Shown piece after piece: positions 10,618 through 20,346 of a DNA stretch of 36,332 nt. Source of the DNA: Phormidesmis sp. Its GTDB lineage: Bacteria > Cyanobacteriota > Cyanobacteriia > Leptolyngbyales > Leptolyngbyaceae. Below the pieces are notes generated by a model. It saw only the letters and a list, made by a program, of their open reading frames with translations. It had not been told where the DNA came from and did no database searches. The translations under genes and the position numbers were made by a program. Positions within the stretch are counted from its first letter, which is position 1, and every line of letters starts with the position of its first letter. Location of the stretch: positions 1-36,332 of the forward strand of contig CBDFJR010000004.1 in NCBI GenBank assembly GCA_965248535.1, written 5' to 3'.

Positions 10618-10793
10618 ATTTTTATGCGTTAAATGGGCGAGGGGGCAAGCTTATTTTCTAGTAAAAACAGCCTCAGATCAGACGATTCCAGGAGGGGCTA
10701 GAGGCTCTTTATAATACTCACCGGAGGGAAAAGTAGCGCATAATTCCGTTTGGACGTTAGGGAGAAGCCGGATTCTCAACGGGAGGTCTGGCA

Positions 10794-12026
10794 TTAGCGG
10801 CGAATCAGTTTTTGGACGATCGAACGATATTCTTCAGCAATTTTTGTAGCGGTGTTGTTGAGTCCGGGTTCCAAAATCAGATCGCCGATCGTGTCGAGGG
10901 CGCGTTCATTAATGCCGTCGATCAAAAGCTCAGGCATGGTGAGATGCTCTTCTGCTATTTTTTTGAGGGTGGGCGCGAGATTTTTTTGGGCAGCGATCGC
11001 CCGCAGCGCCTTTAGCTCTGAGACTGACAGGTGAGTTAAAAAGTCAGTCCACTCAGCCGGGAGGTCAGGAGAAGCCGATTTGATCACTGAGCCGTTGGCT
11101 GGCTGACTAGCTGGCACGATCGAGACTTTATTGGTCACATCAGTGACTTGGTTCGGGACTGACACTGCTTTTAGGGCAGAAATTTCGTGGTCGAGGGTTT
11201 CTTTTTGCTGACGACGATCGAGAATCTGGGTTTCTAACTGACCGAGTTCTTCATGCAACGATGAGATTTGAAGCTGCAATTGCTCGATCGCTGCTTGCAG
11301 AGATTTTGAGCCAGTCTCAACCTGCTGGCGTTTGGGTTCGGCTGAGAGCAAAAATTGATCGAGTTCCGATCGATAGCGTTCTAGCTCGTTGATCTGCGGC
11401 TCCAAGGTCAATAAGTCAGCTTCGATGCGCTGTTTTTGCCCAGTCAGGGTGACGATCTCCTGAGTTAACGTTTCTCTAGTGTGGGTCTGTTCGAGAATCT
11501 GCGCTTTGATCTGATTGAGTTCTGCTTGAATCGTGGTGAGACTCAGTTCGGCTTGCTGTTTAGCTGTCAGCGTGGATGACAGTGATGCTTTGAGGTCTGA
11601 TTCTTGGCGCTCTAATGCCTCAAGTTTGGTCTGACGCAGATAGGCTTGACTAGTCGGTGCCTGAACTGGAGCCGCCGGGTGAGTCAGGTTCCAACTAACG
11701 GCGGCTTTGGGTTTATAAGTGGGCTGAGTTTGGGGAAAATCAAGATTTTGGGCCATGCGATCGTGTTCTTCGCTCAAGGTTAGCAGCGCTTCATAAGCCT
11801 GCGATCGCTGCTGCTGCAACCCGCGAATATGCCCCATTAACTCGGCGGCGCGCTGCTCAAACAAGCGATGATAGCGACGTTCGGCGACGGCGACCCCAAT
11901 CAAACTGGCTAAGAATGTAATCAACCCCGTCAGCAACGCCCTGCCAAAATCTCTGCTGGTCACAAAGCTCACACCAAAGCTGACCGCAAAGGCAACCAAA
12001 CTGAGAAGAAGGCGACTTTTGAACAT
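10794..12026 (-). CDS. Membrane-anchored coiled-coil protein with C-terminal TerB-C-like domain
   Basis: Likely start ATG 12026 (MFKSRLLL). Two hydrophobic helices, a long heptad region, and C-terminal MPELLIDGINERALDTIGDLILE matching the TerB_C pattern. Confidence 0.75.
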   Translation of the reverse strand: MFKSRLLLSLVAFAVSFGVSFVTSRDFGRALLTGLITFLASLIGVAVAERRYHRLFEQRAAELMGHIRGLQQQRSQAYEALLTLSEEHDRMAQNLDFPQTQPTYKPKAAVSWNLTHPAAPVQAPTSQAYLRQTKLEALERQESDLKASLSSTLTAKQQAELSLTTIQAELNQIKAQILEQTHTRETLTQEIVTLTGQKQRIEADLLTLEPQINELERYRSELDQFLLSAEPKRQQVETGSKSLQAAIEQLQLQISSLHEELGQLETQILDRRQQKETLDHEISALKAVSVPNQVTDVTNKVSIVPASQPANGSVIKSASPDLPAEWTDFLTHLSVSELKALRAIAAQKNLAPTLKKIAEEHLTMPELLIDGINERALDTIGDLILEPGLNNTATKIAEEYRSIVQKLIRR

Positions 12027-12150
12027 AGCGATCGGGCTTGACAAGCCAGGGTTTAAAGGAATCGGTTTGTAATCAAAGTGTACGCGCTCTAGGCGGCGTA
12101 GTCGCACTTTGGAGCCTAAACGTGGTGGATTGGGAATGTAATCTGATTTT

Positions 12151-13383
12151 TCACCTCTCGGTTTTGATCATCCGATCGAGCGATCGCAAAATGGCGATCG
12201 CCACCACGACACTCAAGGCGAGGACTAACCAAAAACCATGGGCGATCGTCGCAGACTGATCTAACGCCCACCCTCCCAAAGGCGGCCCAATAAAATAACC
12301 CGCCGCCCAGCACTGAGAATTGATCGCTAAATAGATTCCTCGCAGCGATTCGGGCGCTAGATCAACCACTAGCGACGATGCCGCAGGCATATAAGTCACC
12401 GTGGCCAGTGCCAAAACGCTCATGCCTAAGATGGCCCAAACGAGGTGCCCCTGTGAGACTATTCCGGTGATGCCGATGAGCGCAAACCCAAGCCCCCACA
12501 GCGCTGCTGACAGCATCAACACTCTAGAACGGCTAAATCGATTTAAGGCACGAGCGATCGGCAATTGGCAAATCACAGATAACGTTAAATAGGCCGTAAA
12601 CAACGCACTAATCACAGCCGGAGCAAAGCCCCGATGAGCGCTATCTAAATGCAAAAAGTTACTGAAATAGAGCGGGATCGTGCTATCGATCTGCACAATG
12701 TAAGTGGTGAATAACGTATTCACTAGCGCATATACTAAAAGACGCTTGTCGGTGAATGCGATCGCCCATCCCTGCCCGCGAGGTCGCTCAACAAATTGAT
12801 TAGTTTCGGCGATTGCAAAATAGATCACACCGAAGAATACTAAAAATGAAAGCCCGTCAATTAAAAACAGCGATCGATATAAACCTGTCAAACTGATTAA
12901 TAATCCCCCCAATACGACTCCGATGCCCAGCCCCAGCGCATCTGATAAGCGCGTGATCGAAAACGCCTCGTTGCGCTGTAGGGGAGTGGTCAAGTCTGCC
13001 ACGACCGCTTCGGTAGCGGGCCAATATAGCCCCATGCCCAACCCCATCAGCAGACTGCCGCCGACAAACGTCGAGAAATTATAGGACTCGGCCAGAGTAA
13101 AGGACGCGATCGCTGAAACCACCGCCGACAGCAATAAAGTTCGTCTGCGACCCCAAAATTTTGAGTCGGCAAAACTGCCGCCCAATGCCCGCCCCACCAT
13201 GCCAGAAATCGAGGCGCTGCCTAGCCCTAACCCGACAGCGGTTGCCGATAGCCCGACTTGATTGACAAAGAAAATTGGCGCATAAAATAGGGTGAATCCG
13301 GTGCCGATCTGTGAGAGCAGCCGACCCAAGGCGAGAATCCAGACTTCATGGCGAAGATGGGGCAGCCAGGCGAGGAGTTTCAT
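12151..13383 (-). CDS. MFS transporter
   Basis: About 12 hydrophobic segments; motif A (GGSFADSKFWGRR) and the second-half RALNRFSR motif. Confidence 0.92.
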   Translation of the reverse strand: MKLLAWLPHLRHEVWILALGRLLSQIGTGFTLFYAPIFFVNQVGLSATAVGLGLGSASISGMVGRALGGSFADSKFWGRRRTLLLSAVVSAIASFTLAESYNFSTFVGGSLLMGLGMGLYWPATEAVVADLTTPLQRNEAFSITRLSDALGLGIGVVLGGLLISLTGLYRSLFLIDGLSFLVFFGVIYFAIAETNQFVERPRGQGWAIAFTDKRLLVYALVNTLFTTYIVQIDSTIPLYFSNFLHLDSAHRGFAPAVISALFTAYLTLSVICQLPIARALNRFSRSRVLMLSAALWGLGFALIGITGIVSQGHLVWAILGMSVLALATVTYMPAASSLVVDLAPESLRGIYLAINSQCWAAGYFIGPPLGGWALDQSATIAHGFWLVLALSVVVAIAILRSLDRMIKTER

Positions 13384-13543
13384 AAACGTGACTCAAAATT
13401 AAGGAGCGCAGATTAAATAAAACCAGAATTCATCCAAAGAGCGTAACCGTGTAGCGGCACGGTATTGCTGTGCCCAGTGTCTGTGCCAGTAACCGATGTT
13501 ATTTGATGCGCCCTCCTGAGTCAGTGAGGCTATGAACGACTGC

Positions 13544-13587
13544 AAAAAAGAGCCAGAATTCAGGAAACGTCCTAAACTCTGGCTCTT
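13544..13587 (-). terminator. Putative intrinsic terminator of the pil operon
   Basis: Inverted repeat AAGAGCCAGA (13548-13557) / TCTGGCTCTT (13578-13587), followed by a T-run on the minus strand. Confidence 0.7.
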
Positions 13588-13622
13588 ATAGAGTATCTTC
13601 AATGGCTCAACCAGTCGCCTAT

Positions 13623-15835
13623 CTAGCGGCTGCCAGGATTTTGCTGTAAAACCTGACGCACTTCTGGCCCTGGCACATAGCCATAACCAAACGTTGAGCG
13701 ATCGGAGTCATCAATAATCTGCGGACTCAGCAGCACAATCACTTCTCGGCGCTGGTTATTGCGCTCGGTGCGGCGGAACAACGCCCCCAAAATCGGGATG
13801 TCTCCCAAAATGGGCACCTTGGTGACCGTAGTGCGATCTTGCTCTTGAATAATTCCTGACAGCACCAGCGTCTGCCCATCGCGCAGCCGAATCTGACCTG
13901 ACTCTAGCTTGCGTTCAGACAGCAGCGTGATGATGTTGTTTGCGCCACCAATGTTAACCGATTGGGTGCTTTCGGGCTGCGAGATCGAGGGAGCCACCGA
14001 TAGGGAAATAAAGCCGTTGTCATCAATGCGATCGACCTTGACGGGCAAAATCAACCCGGCAGACTTCTTCTCAGCCGTGACGGTGACGGTTGCCACAGAG
14101 CCAGCCCCCGAGCTCGTCACATTCTGCGTAAAGTTGGTGATCACTTCTTGCGTCAGGTTAACGGTCGCGGTTTGTCCTTCCTGCACGACCAGCGTCGGGT
14201 CGGTCAAGATCTTAGCGTTACCACTGACAACCGATGCCTGTAGCTGGGCAAAAAAGCTGCGGACGAAGTTGACTGGCGACCCATTGACTAGACTAGCAAC
14301 CGTGCCTGTTGTGTTGTTGCTGGCATCTGATTGTGCCGTGCTCGTTCCGGGAGTGCTGCGCCCAAAGTTAAGCACTGCAATGCCGCCCTGGTTGACGATT
14401 TGTGAGTTGCCGACCCCAAAGGAGAACGTAGTGCCAAATCGCCGTAAGGCGAGCAGATTTACGTCAATCACTTTGACGTTGACGGCTACCATCCGCCGTC
14501 TTGAGTCAAGCTGAATCAATTGACTGGTCGCGAGTTCGACTTGGCGAGAGGTGCCGATCAGGGTGATGGAGTTGGTGCGTTCGTCGCCCGATACCTGCAT
14601 CCCTCTCAGCAGGGGCGTAGAGTCTCTAAACTCGGCGCGCTGCACCTCGACTCTGGTTTCGGTGGTGGTTTCGGTGGTGGCGGGCTGGTTTGCCGCTGTT
14701 TGTTGAGCGCCTTCTAGCTGGGCTGCTGACTGAGCGACGACCGTTCTAACCTGCCGCTCTCTGGTCACCGCGCTCTCGGCCCCTAACCCGACCAAAAAGT
14801 TGACTGCGCTGCTGACAGAAATTTGATTGAGGCGTAGACTCCGCGCTACTGCGCCCCGCGCCGCGTTGGGCAACCGGGTGCCGACGAAAATAGTGCGCCC
14901 CGATCGTGTCGCTTCTAAACTGCCACATTGACCTCCGCCGCCCTGCCCCGTGGTGGTCACCGGGACGCAAGCCAGTCGCAGCACATAGTTAAAGACATCC
15001 TGCACGGACTCGTTTTCGATGTCTAGGGAGATAGTGGGCCGCCCGATCGAGCCGTTTGGGCCGCGGCTGCGCCCGTTTGCCCGCTCGGAGACTCACTGTA
15101 GGCTAAGTTTAGCCCAGCAGCTCTAGCCAGAAGAGACAGCACCTCACGGACGGGCGCATCGCGCAACACTAGCCGAGGAATGCGTTCTGCGGAACCCAAA
15201 TCGATCGAGGAGGGCGACACATCAATCGGCGCGACAGTGATATCGCCTACGGGTGGGGCGACGGCTCGCGGCAAGAAAGGCGGCACAGGAGACACTGGAA
15301 CCGAAGGCGGCGAGGTGGTAATGGTCGGGTTGGGCACTAAGGGCGCGATCGGCACCCCCAGCGGTGGAGCGGGCGTTGACGCAGGGGCTTGAGCCACTGC
15401 CGCCGGAGCCTGAGCAGTGGGCGTTGACGCACCCCCAGCGCCACTGACGCTCAAAATCACGCCCTGGGCGTTGCGGCTGGCAATCTGACCTGTGGGCGCG
15501 GTGTTGCCCTGCCCCACTACCGTTACCTGAATGCCATTACCCCCAACGGGGGTGACGGTGATCGAGGCAATTCCCGGTGCTGGGTTGTTTTGCTGAAAGG
15601 ACTGATTGCCCCGCAGTTGGGTATTGAAGATATAGGCCGTCCAAGTGTTGCCCCGGTTGACGTTAAACACTTGCGGTGCGCGTTCGCCCGCCTGAGTTTC
15701 TAACACCACATCGACCCCCGATCGACTGGGATTTAAGCGCACGTTGGTGACTTGAGTTGGGGCTGCACTTGCCGCCTGGGTCGCCATTAGCACGATCGCT
15801 GCTGCGGCTCCGCCGATTTTATAAAACTCCTTCAC
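13623..15835 (-). CDS. pilQ: Type IV pilus secretin PilQ (AMIN, N-domain, secretin); split by a 1-bp frameshift
   Basis: Signal peptide, AMIN domain, RLVLRDAPVREVL; DERTNSITLIG; RLRDGQTLVLSGIIQ...KVPILGDIPILGALFR. Adding one G to the run at 15036-15038 restores GPTISLDIENESVQDVFNYVLRL across the junction. Confidence 0.9.
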
Positions 15836-15908
15836 GGGTTCACTCCTCTCTCAACTTAAAAAACGGTGGAATTTAAACACAAACCGAGCAGTCTTGCTGG
15901 CGCTCTGG

Positions 15909-16820
15909 TTATTTGGGTGCAGCGGGTGCAGCGGTCGGGCTAGGAGTGGGCGTTACGATGGCCTTCTTGTCCGCCGCATTGAGAGGCATTAACGCTTCCA
16001 TTTGAAAGGAAGTCGTGATTTTGGTGTCGGGCTGGCAGTTGGTCAAAAAGCGCACGATACCCCCCGGTGCAATCTCATAGAGACCGCCGGGCACCAGAGC
16101 GCGACTCTTATCACCGATTTCAATCTTGAGATTTTTGAGCAATAGCAGCGGCTGAAGCCGCTCGATCGTTCTAAAAATGGACTGAGTTTGGTTAAAGTTG
16201 CCCTGGAACTGCACGTCGATCGCCTGGCGTTTGAGCTTGTTATCGATCGCTGCACCGAGGGAGCCATCGGCCACGATCTCAGTGCCTTTAACATCGGGGG
16301 TAAATTTCTTCAGCTTTGCCTGGGTCACCAAAGAGCCTACTTTGTCCTCAAATTTTTGGGAGGTGACAATATCAGAATATTGATCGCGCACCCAAGCCGG
16401 ACAACTGTTGAGCTTTGCCTTAGTGGCCGCAGTGCTGTTGGTGTTGTTTTTATCAATCAACTGATTGATGTCTAGCAATAGCGTATTCAATGTCTTATCA
16501 GTTGCAAATAACGATAAAACCTGTTCACGCTGCTGATTTACTTGAGTAAGTTTTGCTTTAGCCTCCTGAATCTGTTGTTTGATCGATGCCTGTTGATTAA
16601 GCTGTTCATTCTTCTCTTTCACCTTGGCATCTAGCGATTGATAAGACTCCCAAGTAGGGCTGACAACAAAATTCCAGAGCAGCCCAGCACTGATCAGCCC
16701 GGCAACGGCCAGAGCGACCCCTGAGATAACGGGTGTGAAGGTGATGCCAAAGACGACCGGATAGCTAGGGCCCGCGTCAAAGTCTGAATCTTGAGGAATA
16801 AAATCTCCACCTGCCGTCAT
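15909..16820 (-). CDS. pilO: Type IV pilus assembly protein PilO
   Basis: YPVVFGITFTP plus a TM helix, coiled coil, TLLLDIN and GNFNQTQSIFRTIERLQPLL; lies between pilN and pilQ. Confidence 0.88.
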   Translation of the reverse strand: MTAGGDFIPQDSDFDAGPSYPVVFGITFTPVISGVALAVAGLISAGLLWNFVVSPTWESYQSLDAKVKEKNEQLNQQASIKQQIQEAKAKLTQVNQQREQVLSLFATDKTLNTLLLDINQLIDKNNTNSTAATKAKLNSCPAWVRDQYSDIVTSQKFEDKVGSLVTQAKLKKFTPDVKGTEIVADGSLGAAIDNKLKRQAIDVQFQGNFNQTQSIFRTIERLQPLLLLKNLKIEIGDKSRALVPGGLYEIAPGGIVRFLTNCQPDTKITTSFQMEALMPLNAADKKAIVTPTPSPTAAPAAPK

Positions 16821-17638
16821 GGTTTAATTACTCCCTTTTCTTTGAGGGCTTCAATACGAGTCACGAGTCCAACGGCTCCTTTACGATCGAGTTCGCGAAT
16901 TAGCTCCGAGGCAGGCACTTCGCTCAGGGCTGTTTGGAGGGAAAATTTAACACGCGGAGGCAGCTTAGGAGTCTCATAGTTGGCGCTAGAGCCACCTGCT
17001 TTAGAGCCAGCTAAATCTAAGCTCTGAAGGGCTTGAGGGTCGGTGAGATCGGCGCTGATCAGCTTGGTTTGAGCGCTCTGCAAAAAGTTAGACTGCTGCA
17101 AGGTCAAGAGAAAGTCATTGACATCATTAAATGAGTTGGCCACGCCCTCAACTAGCACCAGCCCTGAGACAGGCGGCGGGGTTTGACCTGCGGCGACTGG
17201 TTTAGCAGCCGGGGCCTTAGAGGGGTCAACTTGCGTAATGCCGATCAACTGCACATTAGGCGGCAGGCGATCGCGAATGTCTTGGGCCATCGCTGACCAG
17301 GGTTTGATCTGGTTAAACACGGTTGCTAGAGCTTGAGTCTCGTCGGTGCCTTGCTTGATCTGGGTGTTGATTGACGCGAGATCTTTCTTCTGAAGTTCAA
17401 GGTTGCCAAGCTGACTGTCTAGCTCGGCCTGCCGTTGCTCTAGCTCACCGTTTTTGACTTGCAGAAGCCCCCACAGGGCTAACAGCGCTACTGGAAAGAA
17501 GACTCCGGCCGCTAACCCCCAATAGAGAGGGCGACGATCGTCGCCTGCAAAGGTCGGGGTTTTGCGCCCGCCTCGTCTAGATCCATCGGTTTTATAGTCG
17601 GGTCGATCGTTGAGAAAATTAATGTCTAAGCTATACAT
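16817..17638 (-). CDS. pilN: Type IV pilus assembly protein PilN
   Basis: N-terminal INFL PilM-binding motif, TM helix, PWSA...IRDRLP and SFNDVNDFLLTLQQS; 4-bp overlap with pilO. Confidence 0.93.
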   Translation of the reverse strand: MYSLDINFLNDRPDYKTDGSRRGGRKTPTFAGDDRRPLYWGLAAGVFFPVALLALWGLLQVKNGELEQRQAELDSQLGNLELQKKDLASINTQIKQGTDETQALATVFNQIKPWSAMAQDIRDRLPPNVQLIGITQVDPSKAPAAKPVAAGQTPPPVSGLVLVEGVANSFNDVNDFLLTLQQSNFLQSAQTKLISADLTDPQALQSLDLAGSKAGGSSANYETPKLPPRVKFSLQTALSEVPASELIRELDRKGAVGLVTRIEALKEKGVIKP

Positions 17639-17639
17639 C

Positions 17640-18755
17640 TCACCATGCCTCCCGCAGTCCTAACCCCAACACAACGCCTAACCCTGGTCGAGCCGCTAAC
17701 GGAATCTCTTGAGGCGACTCGATCGAGAGGGCTGCCACTGGGTCAACCGAGTTGCAGGGCAAACTTAGGCGCTGGGTCAAAAATTCATCGAGTTGCCCGA
17801 TCGAGGCCCCTGGCCCTGCCAGCAATAGTTGAGCGACCTCCAGGTTTTCGCCCTGGTTGAGATAAAAATCAATCGATCGCCGCAGCTCGTCAGACAACTC
17901 GCCTAAGACTCTGAGCATGGCTGCCGTGCCGGGGTTGGTGCCCGGATTCATTCGTGGGCTGCCCATCGTATCCATTGGATTAGCGGGAATCGTCATGCCT
18001 TGCAGCAAATCAATGCTGCGAGACGGCGGCAAATTCATCGCCCGTGACAGGGCGCTTTGGATCTGAAAACTGCCGATCGGCACCGTGCGTGAAAATTGCG
18101 GCACCCCATCGACGGTGATCGAGATCTCGGTGCTCTCAAACTCGATATCCACCAGTGCCACGGCTTCTTGAGGGGCAAACTGCCTCAATTGTTCGCGAAT
18201 GGTGCGAATCAGGGAAAAGCTGCTAATCTCTAAAACATCAACTTGCAGCCCGGCTTGTTGGAAGGTGTTGATGTAGGTATCTGTGATTTCTTTGCGCGTC
18301 GCGACCAGCAAAACCTGAACTTTTTCGATGCCGTCTTCGTCAACAAATAGGCCGAGTTTTTGATAGTCTACGTCGGCTTCTTCGCGGGGGAACGGCAGAT
18401 ATAACCCGGCTTCTTGGTTTAACACCATTTCCCGCAATTCTTGATCGTCAAGCTCTGCGGGAACTGGAATAATTCGAGTGACTGTATCGCGTCCACCTGG
18501 CACGGCTGTTGCGGCTTGTTTAACTTTAATCTTATTGTCTGCTAACGCGGTTTGAATTAGCTCAGACATAGCGGGAGGATCGATGATTTGCCCTTCTTGA
18601 AACACTCCCTCAGGCACGGGAACTGTCACGTAGCTGGCAAGCCGAAACCCTGAGCCTTGCTTGCGTAACTGGGCAATATTGATCCGATCGGGGGCTAACT
18701 CTATGCCAACCCCTTTAGACTTTTTAGAAAAGAGACCTTTTAGACCGTTAACCAC
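17640..18755 (-). CDS. pilM: Type IV pilus assembly protein PilM
   Basis: GVGIEL, YLPFPREEADVDYQ, ELRRSIDFY and VVLGLGLR motifs; first gene of pilMNOQ. Confidence 0.96.
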   Translation of the reverse strand: MVNGLKGLFSKKSKGVGIELAPDRINIAQLRKQGSGFRLASYVTVPVPEGVFQEGQIIDPPAMSELIQTALADNKIKVKQAATAVPGGRDTVTRIIPVPAELDDQELREMVLNQEAGLYLPFPREEADVDYQKLGLFVDEDGIEKVQVLLVATRKEITDTYINTFQQAGLQVDVLEISSFSLIRTIREQLRQFAPQEAVALVDIEFESTEISITVDGVPQFSRTVPIGSFQIQSALSRAMNLPPSRSIDLLQGMTIPANPMDTMGSPRMNPGTNPGTAAMLRVLGELSDELRRSIDFYLNQGENLEVAQLLLAGPGASIGQLDEFLTQRLSLPCNSVDPVAALSIESPQEIPLAARPGLGVVLGLGLREAW

Positions 18756-19282
18756 AGATTTGTTAGCCCACTAAGAGATAATTTGAAACCGAGGCTGGGG
18801 GAAGGAATCGCCGTAAAACGGTCAGATTCAAGAGCATAGTACACAATTTAATTCAGAATGACTCGTTTGCACACAAAGATACAAATATTCGGGGTTCATT
18901 CTAAAATATCAACTGAATCTTTGGCAAATAGTTTGCTTGATAAGATTAGACTCCCTAAAAAATGATCAGCTCATTTACTGAGTCAATTTTGGCGATCTTC
19001 TCTCAGACAAAAATCTTTTAGACTCAGATAAACTAATTCGACTAACGGGTTAGGAGTTGGAATCTGCAATCGGTTTGGGGCTAAAAAATCCTCCTTTGAG
19101 GGCGCGATCGGGAACTCACTTGTGAATACTACACGCATTTTCAGAAAATGACGATCGAAAAATAAAGTTTAGGATGGCGATCGGTCATTGGAGTTTTAAC
19201 AGGTTTCTAAATCTGAGCATTATCGGGGTCTGGCACTTGATTCATCCTCAAATGAGGCTAGTCTAAAAAAACCGCTTCATGC

Positions 19283-19316
19283 AGAAAGCCCGTGTCACAA
19301 TTGCAACACAGGCTCT
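19283..19316 (-). terminator. Putative intrinsic terminator
   Basis: Minus strand AGCCUGUGUUGC-aauu-GUGACACGGGCU is a 12-bp stem whose G-U pairs form only on this strand, followed by UUCU. Confidence 0.65.
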
Positions 19317-19345
19317 AAGTTTTTGGGATTTCATTCTTCAGTCTT

Positions 19346-20155
19346 TCATCCCCCAGCACACTTTTGTGACCAGTTGGGAATCGCAGTTCTTGCGGCTGAC
19401 AGCGTTTCGAGGCGACTGCGGTAAGTTCTCAGTTGCGATCGATACACTTGATTAGTCGGGGCACTTTCTAAAGCCCGATCGACAATGGCGATCGCACCCT
19501 GCCAATTTTGAGAACAGGTCGCTTGCAGCAGTTGAGCATCTAACCTCTGAGTATTGGGGTTGTTGGCAACTTGATTGGCGATCGCTGTTCTCACAAACCC
19601 GGTTGTCTCGCGACCACTGTCTGTCTGAGTGGGCGTTTGTGGAGTCGTGGGTTGAGTAACTTGAGGCGTTCTAGAAGCCGGAGCCGGATTGGTGCGGGGC
19701 TGAACAATGACCCTCGGAACATCGCTAGGTAGCACGATCGTGCGGATTGTGTCGGGGTTTGCGGTCGGCTGATTGGGCTGGGTCAAACTCGGCGTATCAA
19801 TGCCAGAGACACCAGGATTAGTAATTGGCTGAGAGCCGTCAACGCTTGGGTTGGGCTGACTCAAACCCGGAGTCGGATTGTTTCCCCCCGATACGCCTGG
19901 GTTGGTGACGGGTTGATCCATTCCTGATCCACTATTTCCCGATGATGCAGGGCTGCTGATGCCCGAAATCCCTGGGTTTCTGGTGGCTCCACCATTCACA
20001 GACGACGCAGGACTGCTGATGCCGGAGATGCCTGGATTTCTGACGGGTTGATTTGACCCAACTTGGGCGATCGCTCGATTGATCCAGACTCCTGACAAGA
20101 GCGATGCAGTGGTGAGAGCTGCGATCGCTGCGATTTGTGAACCCCTGATCATCAT
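19346..20155 (-). CDS. Secreted hypothetical protein with NPG(I/V)SG repeats and a small C-terminal helical domain
   Basis: Signal peptide ending AIA-Q; P/S/G/N/T-rich repeats; C-terminal LLQATCSQNWQGAIAIVDRAL...NWSQKC. Confidence 0.75.
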   Translation of the reverse strand: MMIRGSQIAAIAALTTASLLSGVWINRAIAQVGSNQPVRNPGISGISSPASSVNGGATRNPGISGISSPASSGNSGSGMDQPVTNPGVSGGNNPTPGLSQPNPSVDGSQPITNPGVSGIDTPSLTQPNQPTANPDTIRTIVLPSDVPRVIVQPRTNPAPASRTPQVTQPTTPQTPTQTDSGRETTGFVRTAIANQVANNPNTQRLDAQLLQATCSQNWQGAIAIVDRALESAPTNQVYRSQLRTYRSRLETLSAARTAIPNWSQKCAGG

Positions 20156-20346
20156 AGTTGTCCTCTTATCATCGTTATTAATGCAGGAATTGTGGAACAG
20201 TCAACCCCTAATCACCTCTGTCTGAAGAGAGGAAAACTGAAAAATATTGAGGGACGTGAGCAAATAGACTGCTCGCAAAACTCAAATCTGATCACTCTGG
20301 CGATCAGGTAAACTGAGCTACGCGATCGCCATTTAATAGAGAAAAG

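Noticed and set aside
13909..14514. 201-aa ORF antisense to pilQ
   Set aside because: Codon-mirror frame of a real gene; no independent features.
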